Source of the DNA: an uncultured Pseudomonadota bacterium | GTDB lineage: Bacteria > Pseudomonadota > Alphaproteobacteria > RF32 > CAG-239 | Assembly (NCBI GenBank): GCA_902761535.1 | Contig: CACWKS010000001.1 | Location: 26,177-90,176, forward strand | Length of the DNA: 64,000 nucleotides | Direction: 5' to 3' | Part shown: in pieces, positions 36,452-46,965 of the stretch | How the letters are laid out: every line of letters begins with the position of its first letter | Position numbering within the stretch: position 1 is the stretch's first letter | The notes under the pieces: model-generated | What the model saw: the letters and a program-made list of their open reading frames with translations, nothing else | What the model was told of the DNA's origin: nothing | Databases searched by the model: none | Position numbers and translations under genes: made by a program

Positions 36452-38680
36452 ATGGCTGCTAAAGAAGGTGAGGAATGGAAAGAATATAACAGTGCGGTAC
36501 GCTGGATGTGTATAACCGCCATAATTGTCGTTTCTCTTACGATTATACTTTTCATAACGGCATTACCTTTGGCTTATTTGGTGGGAAACGGCATATCTAA
36601 GGAAACTTTTGCCGACATATCAAAATTCTTTTCACTTATCATTCATCGCAACGGCTTTTTATACAATCGTTATTGGATTTGGGCCAAACAACTGTTTAAC
36701 TATCATGGTCCGTTTTCTCTGAGCTTATGGATTCCGACCTTACCGTTTTTAACTTTGCCGATAGGCTTAATCGCCGGAATGGTCCTAAACCCTTACAAAT
36801 TTCAATCCAACGTTCATGGTTCTGCTCGTCTTGCTACCGAAAATGATATTCGCAAAATGCCGTTACTCGGATTTGACGGTTTCTGCCAAGTTGTCGGCAA
36901 ATTCAACGGCAAAATGTTATTACTGAAAGAAACTTTATCAACCTTATGTTGCGCTCCTCCGGGTACCGGTAAAACTGCCGGAGTGGTTATTCCGACTATT
37001 TTTCACTCGCCCAAACTGAGTATTATCGTCAACGACCCTAAACCGGAATTATGTTATTCCACTTCCGGTGCTCGTGCCAAAGTCGGCCCCGTTTTCATTA
37101 TCAATTGGGGTATGGAAGATGAGCCCGAAAAAGGCATTTATTACCCGTCATGGAATCCGCTTTCCCCGACTGCCATTCCCGCCCCCGGACCGGCTCGTGA
37201 TATGTATGTCGATTCTATGTGTAAGGTTTTGGTCGAAGATCCTAAAGGTAATGCTGATCCTCACTGGTCAAACACCGGTCGTGCCGCCCTTACCGGTTTT
37301 ATCAATTTTATCGTTTGCAAATGTGAAAAAGCTCGCGCCAATGACTATTTTATCGGTCGTATTTATGAAGGCAAACTTGATGAAGCTGATAAAAAGACAC
37401 TTGAAAATCACTATATGGAGATGAACGATCCGCAAGCCGCCCGCGCCTTGCAAAACTTACGTGAAGGATCACTCAATATTGACAATTATGTTCCGATTGG
37501 TTCATGGGCCTTACTCCCTGAACGTTGGATTGGGCACGAAGCTTGTATTGCCATGATTTTGGAATGGATTACCGAAGCTCAAATCAAGCAATCCCAAGAC
37601 ATCAAACGGCGCATGGACGAAGGTGATCAAATGGCTGCTATGGCTGACCCCATGCGCGACCTTTTGGAAGAAGCTATTGAAGAAGCACGTAAATTCGGCT
37701 ATTCTCAACGTGCTATCATCGAATTGAGCCAACTCAGCTCCATGCCGGATAAAGAACGCGGTTCGGTTATGTCAACCGCATTTGCCGGAATCGGTATATT
37801 CAAAAACGCTGCCGTAGTTGCACGCACAAGTTTTTCTGATTTAACCTTTAAGGATTTGCGTGGCATGAAAGATCCTGTTACCGGTGAAATGAAACCTATC
37901 TCGGTTTACCTGTCGGTAAACCAAGTTGATGCTCGTGCCCTAAGCGTTATTTCCGGCATTTTCATCGACTTAATGTCATCATACCTTATCGCCAATCCGC
38001 CCAACTTTGTTAATTCTACCGATGGTAAAATGGGACCTTATTCTGCATTGTTTGTCTTGGACGAGTTCCCGACCATGCCTAAACTGAAAGCCGTTATTGA
38101 CGGACCGGCAGTCGGACGTGGTCAAAAGGTATCATATTTATTAATCGGTCAAGATTTAGGACAAATCTCCGGTAAATACGGCAAAGATGATTTGGAAACG
38201 GTTATTTCTACCACCGCTTGCAAAGTAATTCTTTCGCAAAACAACGAGCAAACCGCCCAGCGTTTCTCTAAAATGATTGGCAACAAAACCGTGCAAACCA
38301 CTTCATTTTCCAAAAACGAGGGTTTATCTTTTTCCAAAGGATCTAATCCTTTTGCTAAAAACGTCAGCTATCAATTACAAGGTGTTTCGGCCGTATCTGC
38401 AACTCAACTGCTGAGTTTACCGATGTTAAAACAAGTTGTATTGATGCAAGGATCTATCGATCGCCCGATTATGGCCGATTCGCCTCGTTGGTATCTTGAT
38501 TCCAAAATGAAAGCTTTGGCTAAATTGCCTCCGGCACCTAATGTCCCTGATTGGATTGTTGCTCAACGTGATGATACAAACGACGATATGCTCGCCAAAC
38601 TGGGGATAGATTACGATCCTAATGCGGACGAAAGTCAATACGAAGAATTTGAAAATGAGGAAAATGAACAAGCACAATAA
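36452..38680 (+). CDS. virD4: Type IV secretion coupling protein VirD4/TraG family
   Basis: Two N-terminal TMs, HGSARLA, Walker A APPGTGKTAGVVIP, NDPKPEL, WNPL, Walker B LFVLDEFP, GRGQ...QDLGQI...YG. Confidence 0.92.
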   Translation: MAAKEGEEWKEYNSAVRWMCITAIIVVSLTIILFITALPLAYLVGNGISKETFADISKFFSLIIHRNGFLYNRYWIWAKQLFNYHGPFSLSLWIPTLPFLTLPIGLIAGMVLNPYKFQSNVHGSARLATENDIRKMPLLGFDGFCQVVGKFNGKMLLLKETLSTLCCAPPGTGKTAGVVIPTIFHSPKLSIIVNDPKPELCYSTSGARAKVGPVFIINWGMEDEPEKGIYYPSWNPLSPTAIPAPGPARDMYVDSMCKVLVEDPKGNADPHWSNTGRAALTGFINFIVCKCEKARANDYFIGRIYEGKLDEADKKTLENHYMEMNDPQAARALQNLREGSLNIDNYVPIGSWALLPERWIGHEACIAMILEWITEAQIKQSQDIKRRMDEGDQMAAMADPMRDLLEEAIEEARKFGYSQRAIIELSQLSSMPDKERGSVMSTAFAGIGIFKNAAVVARTSFSDLTFKDLRGMKDPVTGEMKPISVYLSVNQVDARALSVISGIFIDLMSSYLIANPPNFVNSTDGKMGPYSALFVLDEFPTMPKLKAVIDGPAVGRGQKVSYLLIGQDLGQISGKYGKDDLETVISTTACKVILSQNNEQTAQRFSKMIGNKTVQTTSFSKNEGLSFSKGSNPFAKNVSYQLQGVSAVSATQLLSLPMLKQVVLMQGSIDRPIMADSPRWYLDSKMKALAKLPPAPNVPDWIVAQRDDTNDDMLAKLGIDYDPNADESQYEEFENEENEQAQ

Positions 38681-38683
38681 TTT

Positions 38684-38875
38684 TTATTGTGCTTGATTTT
38701 TATCGTCTTTGTTAACTTCAGATAACTCGGCTAAATCATCCTCATCAATTTCCTGTGCTTCAAAGGAATATTTTTCATTAAACCAATTTCCCAAATCTAT
38801 ATCTGCACATCGCTTGGAACAAAAGGGACGATATTTCATATCCTCAAATTCTTTTTTACAAATTGGACATTTCAT
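38684..38875 (-). CDS. yacG: DNA gyrase inhibitor YacG
   Basis: CPIC...[16 protein letters not shown]. Confidence 0.93.
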   Translation of the reverse strand: MKCPICKKEFEDMKYRPFCSKRCADIDLGNWFNEKYSFEAQEIDEDDLAELSEVNKDDKNQAQ

Positions 38876-40023
38876 CGTTCAACCTTTCCCAAACCCTGAC
38901 AAACTTCACATTCTTTCATCAATATTGCACTCAACGAAGGACGACGGCGACTACGCAACACTTCAACATTTCCTCCTCGTGTCAAACCCAACACCCGTGA
39001 TTTGGCAAAGTCTCCACGCAACCCTTGCTCCAATATATCCATTGTGTTTTTCAAAAATTTAAACTCGGCAAAACCGGCAAAATCAATCACTATTTTACCG
39101 GACAGATTACGTAAAATAATTTGTTTGGCAATCTCTGTTGCAGCTTCATTATTCAAACGTCCTAAACTGCCTTGTTCCAAACTATTACCGCTGTCTACAT
39201 CAATTGCTGTTAATGCTTTTGTTTCTTCAATAAATATTCTTCCGCCGCCGGGTAATTTAACTTCCCTTTGCAAAGCCGCTTCTATTTGCTCATCTATACC
39301 ATAAGTCTTAAACGGATCAACATCATACTCAACATCAATACTGTTTTGCCACTCCTGCTCGGTAATATGATTATTTACCACCAATTTAGTCAATGCGGAT
39401 TTATTCCGCATAATCATTTCTTCCAAACCGCAATCTTTTGCAAACAATAACATCGGGGCTTTAGTATTTTTTGCCTTTTCCATAATACCGGCAAACAAAT
39501 TTTTCAGTTCTGTAATTTCCTTACTTATATCATCATTTCCGGCATCTGCTGCATTAGTACGTACAATCCAACCGCCCTCTTCTCCGGTTTGTTTATCGAC
39601 TAAATTATATAAACTTTCACACTTTTCATCATTTGTAATTCTTTGCGAAATATCAACTCCGCTTCCATACGGACAAAACACCAAATTATTGCCTGCCAAT
39701 TGTAAAAATCTTGCACCTTTAGCACTTTTCTCCGCATGAGCTTCTTGCACAATCTGAAGCACAATATCCTGTCCTTCGCTGGCATCCAAATCTTCCAGCT
39801 CTTTTTCTTGGGCATTAATAAATACTTCGCCGTTACCAATATTAACAAAATAACTCTTTTTACCATTGGCTGTAGCAATTTTTTTTACTATTCTTCCTAA
39901 ATAAATATTGCCCTCATTAACCTTATTTTCATCATAAAAAATCACCTCACGCAAAATTCCTTTTTGCAATCCGGCAATTTTTTTCAAACCATTTTTTTCT
40001 TCGCAAACAATAACATCTGACAT
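38872..40023 (-). CDS. rng: Ribonuclease E/G family protein
   Basis: GNIYLGRI S1-like region, [35 protein letters not shown]; maf-rng-yacG order. Confidence 0.82.
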   Translation of the reverse strand: MSDVIVCEEKNGLKKIAGLQKGILREVIFYDENKVNEGNIYLGRIVKKIATANGKKSYFVNIGNGEVFINAQEKELEDLDASEGQDIVLQIVQEAHAEKSAKGARFLQLAGNNLVFCPYGSGVDISQRITNDEKCESLYNLVDKQTGEEGGWIVRTNAADAGNDDISKEITELKNLFAGIMEKAKNTKAPMLLFAKDCGLEEMIMRNKSALTKLVVNNHITEQEWQNSIDVEYDVDPFKTYGIDEQIEAALQREVKLPGGGRIFIEETKALTAIDVDSGNSLEQGSLGRLNNEAATEIAKQIILRNLSGKIVIDFAGFAEFKFLKNTMDILEQGLRGDFAKSRVLGLTRGGNVEVLRSRRRPSLSAILMKECEVCQGLGKVER

Positions 40024-40024
40024 T

Positions 40025-40594
40025 TTATTTAACTCCGGCACCTATCAATAAATTACGAGCTTCATACAACGGCAACCCGACCACTCCGCTATACGAACCG
40101 ATTAACTGCTCCACAAAACCTCCCATAAGTCCTTCTATACGATACCCAGCACATCCTTGCCATTCGTGAGAGGCAACATATTCATCAATTTCTTTTTGAG
40201 ATAATCTCTTCATTTTTATCTTATTAACATTTAAGCGCAAAGCCGTCTTACCTGCACTGTCAATCACGCATACCCCGGTCAAAACTCTGTGCGTCCTGCC
40301 GGAAAGCATAGTCATAACTTCTCGCTGTTCATCATCTGACTTGGCCTTTTGAATTATGCGTCTGCCGACCACAATTACCGTATCCGACGCCAATACAACC
40401 CTTTTAGGATTATTTTTTGCAACATTCAATGCCTTTTCTCGTGCCATTCTTTTAACATATTGACTGGGTCGTTCCCCTTTGGCCGGAGTTTCATCAATAT
40501 CAGCAGGCATAATATCTCGCGGTTCATATCCAATCTGCAACAACAAATTTTTTCGTTGCGGCGATTGTGAAGCCAAAATAAAATCTTTTATCAT
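40025..40594 (-). CDS. maf: Maf family nucleoside triphosphate pyrophosphatase
   Basis: ILASQSPQRKNLL, ASDTVI, LSGRTHRVLTG, GSYSGVVGLPL. Confidence 0.92.
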   Translation of the reverse strand: MIKDFILASQSPQRKNLLLQIGYEPRDIMPADIDETPAKGERPSQYVKRMAREKALNVAKNNPKRVVLASDTVIVVGRRIIQKAKSDDEQREVMTMLSGRTHRVLTGVCVIDSAGKTALRLNVNKIKMKRLSQKEIDEYVASHEWQGCAGYRIEGLMGGFVEQLIGSYSGVVGLPLYEARNLLIGAGVK

Positions 40595-40650
40595 AGCTGT
40601 TCCATTTAAAATAAAAAAGGGCTCAGTTTGACAACCAAACCCTTAATCTT

Positions 40651-41085
40651 CTAGCTTGCAAAAGCATCATCGTCATAAGTTTTTTCCATACGCTCATGAC
40701 GCTCCTGAGCTTCAATCGATAAAGTAGTTACCGGTCTTGCTTCCAAACGCTCTATTCCGATAGGTTCGCCGGTCTCTTCACAATACCCATACGACCCATC
40801 TTCTATTCTACGTAAGGCATCATCAATTTTAGAAATTAATTTACGAATTCTGTCACGTGTACGCAACTCCAATGCCTTATCCGTCTCCAACGAAGCTCTG
40901 TCAATCTCATCCGGTTGATTCAATCCGCCCTGTTTTAATTCATCAAGTGTATCCATAGATTGATCAATCAGCGACTTTTTCCAATTTAACAACTTCTGGC
41001 GAAAATACTCCAGCTGAAATTCATTCATATAATCTTCTTTCTTCGAAGGCTTATAATCAGGGGGCAACACAACTACGTTTTCCAT
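40651..41085 (-). CDS. dksA: RNA polymerase-binding protein DksA
   Basis: YMNEFQLEYFR, PDEIDRASLE, ELRTRDR, YGYCEETGEPIG..RLEARP. Confidence 0.96.
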   Translation of the reverse strand: MENVVVLPPDYKPSKKEDYMNEFQLEYFRQKLLNWKKSLIDQSMDTLDELKQGGLNQPDEIDRASLETDKALELRTRDRIRKLISKIDDALRRIEDGSYGYCEETGEPIGIERLEARPVTTLSIEAQERHERMEKTYDDDAFAS

Positions 41086-41193
41086 GAGCTAACTCCTATA
41101 ATCAGTCAATTTTATTCAAGATATACCAACTAAATAATTTTTCAAGCAAAATAACTTTTTTTCCTCGAAAATCTAAATGGTTAATCACTACAG

Positions 41194-43629
41194 TTATTTA
41201 CCTAAGCACCCCTTTGTTTCACGAGCATAACGAGCATAACATTTGTAAAAATGCTCCAAACTCTGTTGCACTTCATAATTGACTGTTTTTTTAGGATAAA
41301 CCCCATGTTTATTAACTGTTCCTGCTTTAACTCCGGTCAAAATTTCAATTCCGTCATCTACCGTATCAACAGCATAAATATTGAATTTTCCTTCTTCAAC
41401 AGCCTGAACCACATCTTCACGCAACATCAAATCTGCCACATTTGTTCTGGGAATTATTACCCCATGTTCACCTGTCAATCCCTGATGCTGACATACATCA
41501 AAAAATCCTTCAATTTTTTCATTTACCCCGCCGATCGGCTGTATTTCACCGAATTGGTTAATTGAACCGGTAACCGCAATATTTTGTTTAATCGGAATTC
41601 CGGTAATGGCCGAAATCAAACAATAATACTCTGTTGACGACGCACTATCACCATCAACCCCACCGTAAGACTGTTCAAAAACTATTGATGCACTTAAAGA
41701 CAGCGGACAATATTTAGCAAATCGATTCGCTAACAAACTTTCCAAAATCAGCACACCTTTACTGTGTATCGGCCCGCTCATCTCTACTTCACGTTCAATA
41801 TTAACAAATTCGCCTTTGCCTATTCTCACCTGAGCCGTAATGCGAGAGGGCTTACCGAAACTGTAACGCGAAAAATTATAAACAACCAATCCGTTAATTT
41901 GTCCGACTTTTCTCCCCTTCACATCAATCAGAATTGTACCCTTGTCAATCTGTTCCAACATCATTTCTTTAATGCGACCATTACGATACAATTTTGCATT
42001 TATTGCCTGATCTATATGATTCTTACCGATATGATTTGATTTAGATTTTCTTGCCCAATAATCGGCTTCTCGCAACAAATCGCCTATCGATGCTATATGA
42101 GCGGTAAGTTTTTCCGAGCTTTCAGCTAATCTTGAAGCATATTCAATAACTTTTGCTACTGCTTGTTTATTAAGTGATCTCAATTTCTTTTTCTTTGATA
42201 ACGAACCGATTAACTTAGCATACTCCACCTCATTTTCTTTAGTTCTATCCATCAAAATATCAAAATCTGCTTCAACTTTGAAAAAGTCCAAAAATTCCGG
42301 ATCTCTTTCACTTAATAACTCATACAATTCGGCATCACCCGTCAATATAATCTTGACATCCAACGGTATTGGCTGAGGATCTAATGAAATAGTAGTAAAA
42401 GAAGTCTCTTCGCTAGGAGCCTCAATTTTTATTTGTTTTGAAGCAATTGCCCGTTTTAACGATTCCCAAGCAAACGGCTGCAACAACAATTTTCGTGCAT
42501 CAACCAGTAAAAATCCTCCGTTTGCCTCATGCAAAGCACCTGCCTTAATTAAGGTAAAATCAGTTAACAACGCACCATATTGCTGTATTCTCTCAACTTT
42601 TCCCACCAAATTTCCTTGTGTAGGATGATCCAAATGAATAATCGGAGCACCTGAATCCGGCTCGTTTTTGACAATTACATTAACCTTAAACTTTGCATAT
42701 TTATCTTCTTCCGGTTGTTTCATTCTCGACAACAAGGCCGACAAAGGATCTTCTCCTTCAGCCGAAACATTGCTTTCAGCTTCAGGCAAAAACTCATCTC
42801 CGTTATCTAAAATATATTTTTGAATTTGTCTTAAAAACTCATTAGCTTGTCGATGTCCTTTATATTTTGCATGCAACTCATCAATCGGGCCTTTAACTGT
42901 TTCCTTCAAAAACTTGGTTCTTAAATTATTAATCTCATCACGTTGTTTATCTTCCCAAGCCGGTAAATCTTGCGCCGAATTTTCAATTTCGGCCTGCATT
43001 TGATTCAAATCTTCAATCAGCTGTTTTTTCTCTTCTTCCGGCAAACTGTCAAAAGCTTCCGGACTCAACACCTCACCGTTCTTTACCGGAGCAACAACCA
43101 ATCCGACCGGCATATGCAATAAGGATACACTTTTGCCTTTAGCTTTCTTCTGCAGCATTTTAATATATTTTTCTTTTGACTGCTTAAATTTTTCTTTAAT
43201 AATATTAACACCGGCATTGTATTCTTCACTTTCACAAATAGCCGAAATCGAAGCTGACAAATTTTCAATTAATTTATCAATATCTTTAGCAAAATCAGTC
43301 GCCGTTCCAGCCGGAAAAGATAATGCCAAAGGCTTATAAGGCTCATCAAAATTATAAACATAAGCCCAATCATCAGGAGTTTTACGCTGTTTTGCCTCTT
43401 GTGCCAAAACTCTTTTAACCAAAGAACTTTTTCCTGTACCCTCCGGTCCCAAACAAAACAAATTATACCCTTTTGATTGAATATTCACACCTAATTCCAC
43501 CGCGGCTAATGCTCTGTTCTGCCCTAAAGAAGACAAACGTTCTTCCAATTCGGCAGTTGATACAAAAGAAAACTTTTGCGGATCACACTTTTTATAAAGT
43601 TGGCTTGGTTTTAATTTTGTTATGGTCAT
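41194..43629 (-). CDS. Lon-like ATP-dependent protease (LonB/LonC-type, S16)
   Basis: GQNRA, GPEGTGK, GALHEANGG, catalytic DGDSASS and GGVNEKIEGF. Confidence 0.88.
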   Translation of the reverse strand: MTITKLKPSQLYKKCDPQKFSFVSTAELEERLSSLGQNRALAAVELGVNIQSKGYNLFCLGPEGTGKSSLVKRVLAQEAKQRKTPDDWAYVYNFDEPYKPLALSFPAGTATDFAKDIDKLIENLSASISAICESEEYNAGVNIIKEKFKQSKEKYIKMLQKKAKGKSVSLLHMPVGLVVAPVKNGEVLSPEAFDSLPEEEKKQLIEDLNQMQAEIENSAQDLPAWEDKQRDEINNLRTKFLKETVKGPIDELHAKYKGHRQANEFLRQIQKYILDNGDEFLPEAESNVSAEGEDPLSALLSRMKQPEEDKYAKFKVNVIVKNEPDSGAPIIHLDHPTQGNLVGKVERIQQYGALLTDFTLIKAGALHEANGGFLLVDARKLLLQPFAWESLKRAIASKQIKIEAPSEETSFTTISLDPQPIPLDVKIILTGDAELYELLSERDPEFLDFFKVEADFDILMDRTKENEVEYAKLIGSLSKKKKLRSLNKQAVAKVIEYASRLAESSEKLTAHIASIGDLLREADYWARKSKSNHIGKNHIDQAINAKLYRNGRIKEMMLEQIDKGTILIDVKGRKVGQINGLVVYNFSRYSFGKPSRITAQVRIGKGEFVNIEREVEMSGPIHSKGVLILESLLANRFAKYCPLSLSASIVFEQSYGGVDGDSASSTEYYCLISAITGIPIKQNIAVTGSINQFGEIQPIGGVNEKIEGFFDVCQHQGLTGEHGVIIPRTNVADLMLREDVVQAVEEGKFNIYAVDTVDDGIEILTGVKAGTVNKHGVYPKKTVNYEVQQSLEHFYKCYARYARETKGCLGK

Positions 43630-43720
43630 AGTAAAAACCCCTATACAATAAAATCTTTTTTCGTTATTATCTTATCATAAACAATCAAAAACTAATTTTA
43701 GGTAAATAAACTCGATTCTC

Positions 43721-44794
43721 ATGCAATATTTTATCGTTATATTTTGGTTATTGCTTACTTTAATTCCGGCACTGATATTTATCTGTCGAGCCGTTTCCTT
43801 TCGCCGAAACTTTATACTCAAAACTATTACAGATATGGCTATTAACCAAAAACTTTTTTCCACTCTCACTTTACAAAAAGTGACATCTTATATATTTAAA
43901 CAATCTTCTCCGTTAAAAAAACAATTGATCCAAGATATTTTACAAAAAAATATATCCTCTTTGCAAAAACATCTTCACGATCCCGATTTAAAAAAACAAT
44001 TTCGTTTGCTGTTTCAAAATAAAAATACTTTTCCTAAAAATTCTTCTCCGTTGTATGCATTGTTATCGGCTAATGCTTTTATCAACGAACATCAATATGA
44101 TAAAGCATATCAAATTCTCTCTCAAATTAATCAAAACAAACCGTCTTCCGCTTTAGCCGGCTTATATCTTTTAACCGAAGCAAAACTGGCTTATCTGGAA
44201 GGTGATTTACTGAATTCGTCATCTTGGATTAATCAAGCTGTTCCTTTGTTTAAGAAAAATAAAATGTTTTACGAGGTAGCCGAAGCTTATCTCCTTTTAG
44301 GAAAAATTTATCAAAGTGCCGACTTTCAAGATAGCGCCGAACTGATATTCCGAGATGCTCTTAAAATATTTGAAAAACTGCATTGTTATGATGGTTGTAC
44401 ACAAACTCTTTGCTCTTTAGGCATTATCACAGCATCACAACAACGTTGGGAAGAAGCACGCCAATTCTTTAATAAAGCTACCCAATTTTCCCTTAAACTA
44501 ACGAATACTTCTCTGTTTACAAAAATCCAATGTTACCAAGCTTTATTGGATGTATGCTTAAACAATCATCATAATGCCTTGTCCATTCTCAATAATATTA
44601 AAATCAATAACAACGATATCGAAATACTCGCTTTATACAATGATATATACGCCCAAACTCATTTTGCTCTCCAAAATTATCCCTTTGCTCACCAATTTGC
44701 CGTTAAAGCACATCAACTGTATACTGCCTGCAACTATCAACAATCAGCCCGAGAAATATCGTTACTAATAAATAAAATCGAAAATATCAAATAA
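43721..44794 (+). CDS. TPR-repeat protein with N-terminal TM
   Basis: AEAYLLLGKIY...FRDALKIF and TLCSLGII...EEARQFF TPR-like helices. Confidence 0.7.
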   Translation: MQYFIVIFWLLLTLIPALIFICRAVSFRRNFILKTITDMAINQKLFSTLTLQKVTSYIFKQSSPLKKQLIQDILQKNISSLQKHLHDPDLKKQFRLLFQNKNTFPKNSSPLYALLSANAFINEHQYDKAYQILSQINQNKPSSALAGLYLLTEAKLAYLEGDLLNSSSWINQAVPLFKKNKMFYEVAEAYLLLGKIYQSADFQDSAELIFRDALKIFEKLHCYDGCTQTLCSLGIITASQQRWEEARQFFNKATQFSLKLTNTSLFTKIQCYQALLDVCLNNHHNALSILNNIKINNNDIEILALYNDIYAQTHFALQNYPFAHQFAVKAHQLYTACNYQQSAREISLLINKIENIK

Positions 44795-44795
44795 A

Positions 44796-45518
44796 TTACA
44801 AAATACTATAATCAATCACCGTTTCAATGTCAGCCTCGGATTTTGTTATACGAGCAACCCCTACATTATTATAACCTAATATATAAAAACTCGAAACCTG
44901 CAAAAACTTATTAAAGACCAATCGATTCTTAACTGACAATCCGGAAATATCAATAAAATCTCGAAATTCTTTTGCCCATGCCGGCATCTCAAAATTACCC
45001 AAAACGACCAATTCAACTTCTTGTTTCATTAAAAAATTATTCAAACTCTGAAAAACCAACGAACGTTTACTTTTATCCACCAAACTTAAATCTACTTTAA
45101 CAACCATGATCGGAGCCTCTTCATTAACCACCGCATATTCGGCAAATGAAGTTTGGCCCAACATTAAAACTCCTTTTGACAGAGGTTTGTTATACTTAAC
45201 TATGTTATCATAACTTATATTTATCTGATAATCACCCTTTACTGTATCGGAAAAGAATATATTGGCAGACATTGCCAATAAGACATAATTAACCACCAAA
45301 ACAATTCCTAAAAACAAACTGACTACAATTTTTTTAGCAATTACGGCCCCTATAAACAATATCCAGCTTATACAGTAAAAATGAAACAAATTAAGCCCGC
45401 AAATACTAAATTCTGAATTTAACAACAAAGCCCCTGTCACCAACGCCATAAATACCGTTGCCGATATAAAGAAAATCCTCTCACGTAATCTATATTTTTT
45501 CTGACTAAGGTAACCCAT
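44796..45518 (-). CDS. Hypothetical membrane protein, possibly a degenerate endonuclease/exonuclease/phosphatase family member
   Basis: Three N-terminal TMs; VVLGNFEMPAW resembles the EEP motif GDFNxxPW. Confidence 0.55.
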   Translation of the reverse strand: MGYLSQKKYRLRERIFFISATVFMALVTGALLLNSEFSICGLNLFHFYCISWILFIGAVIAKKIVVSLFLGIVLVVNYVLLAMSANIFFSDTVKGDYQINISYDNIVKYNKPLSKGVLMLGQTSFAEYAVVNEEAPIMVVKVDLSLVDKSKRSLVFQSLNNFLMKQEVELVVLGNFEMPAWAKEFRDFIDISGLSVKNRLVFNKFLQVSSFYILGYNNVGVARITKSEADIETVIDYSIL

Positions 45519-45601
45519 TGTTAATTTGTTTGCATTAATTTAAATTATACAATATAGTCACAGTATAAAGTAAAAAATGATTTTGTAAATGGGTTAGAAT
45601 A

Positions 45602-46960
45602 ATGTTGGAACAAATTTTATCCTGTAAGTTTGTAACTAAAGCCTTTGCAATTTTGTCGGCTGTGCTTAATTATTTGCATATCAACATATCTGAACTTAAC
45701 AATGTAAAATTATTGGCTCTTGTACTTATAATTTCAGCCTTAATCATTTTTGTTTTTCTTATCCTCATTATCATTTTAAATAATATACTACATTTATTCA
45801 ATCACAATAAATCTGTTTCCTCAAATACCTCATCTACAGCTTCTTCCGATTCGCCATTTACTGCCGAAGAACAAGAAGAATTAGAACTCGAATTACAAAA
45901 AGAGCTTGAAATTGCCCTGGCTCAACGCAACGAACTTGAACAAAAACAAAAACAAAAACGTAAACAACAAACAAATGATAAGCTTTCACGCCAAGCAGAA
46001 AATAAAACCAACGTCATTGAAATTGATAAAAAAGAAAATGATAACAATCTCACCCCCGCTCTGTCGACTAAACATTATTCGACAGATATTGATTTTGATT
46101 GGCAAAAACAAAAAAACTTAGTTGAAGAAACATTTCCTCAAATTGACAACTCTCTGTTGTCATATAAACAACAAGCATCAAAATTATCCTCTCTCACCGG
46201 ACTTGTCATAGACATGTTCGGAAGAGATATTGACGAGCAAAAAATTGCCCAAACCTTAAATTATAAAACAAAAGGATTAAGCAGTGAAAATGACATCTTA
46301 AAATTTATTAATGCTATTAAATATTTCATAATATTGTGCCAAAATAATAAATTTGCTCAAATAGGCAATTCTTCTGACTTTCCTGATGAAAAGCAAACGC
46401 TCTACCATCTTGCCAACAATGACAATTCCCTTGCTTTAATTCTTTTGGAAAAATTAATTGATAAAACTATCGACAAAGCAACTAATGCATCTGAAAGTAA
46501 AAAGAAACAAATTCTTTCCGAAACATCCGACCACGCATGTTGTTTAGGCACATTAGCCGAACCATCTGATTTACTACTATCCACATCAATCTATGAAATG
46601 GCTGTTGAATTAAATCCCAATAATGCCACAGCATGGAGCCGCTTGGGAGATGTCTATCGCGTGTCCAATTCAGAATCTAAAGCTATTTGGGCTTATCAGA
46701 ATGCATATTCTTTTGCCGATTCCGAAATAAATCCGGCCGAACTTGCAAATGCCAGTCAAAGTATATCCGGCTACCTTTATAATCAGGGCAATACCCTGCA
46801 AGCAGCCAAAATGCACAATATAGCAAAACAATATTATGATTCTCTTGCTATCAACAAAAGTTTTAATAATCAAGAAATTGAAGCTCTGAAAATTATAGAA
46901 AATAACCATTTGCAAAATATCCCCGACACTATAAACAAGCTTTTGCAACGGGAACGATAA
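45602..46960 (+). CDS. Membrane-anchored TPR protein
   Basis: TM helix, coiled coil, YEMAVELNPNNATAWSRLGDVY TPR. Confidence 0.75.
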   Translation: MLEQILSCKFVTKAFAILSAVLNYLHINISELNNVKLLALVLIISALIIFVFLILIIILNNILHLFNHNKSVSSNTSSTASSDSPFTAEEQEELELELQKELEIALAQRNELEQKQKQKRKQQTNDKLSRQAENKTNVIEIDKKENDNNLTPALSTKHYSTDIDFDWQKQKNLVEETFPQIDNSLLSYKQQASKLSSLTGLVIDMFGRDIDEQKIAQTLNYKTKGLSSENDILKFINAIKYFIILCQNNKFAQIGNSSDFPDEKQTLYHLANNDNSLALILLEKLIDKTIDKATNASESKKKQILSETSDHACCLGTLAEPSDLLLSTSIYEMAVELNPNNATAWSRLGDVYRVSNSESKAIWAYQNAYSFADSEINPAELANASQSISGYLYNQGNTLQAAKMHNIAKQYYDSLAINKSFNNQEIEALKIIENNHLQNIPDTINKLLQRER

Positions 46961-46965
46961 TCAAA

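Noticed and set aside
31691-38680. Integrative conjugative element or plasmid insertion
   Set aside because: No relaxase, virB, integrase, tRNA target or boundary repeats; tight junction with housekeeping genes.
40651-41085. DksA lacking the four-Cys zinc finger
   Set aside because: The reduced-Cys form (CEETG...TLSIEAQE) is normal in Alphaproteobacteria.
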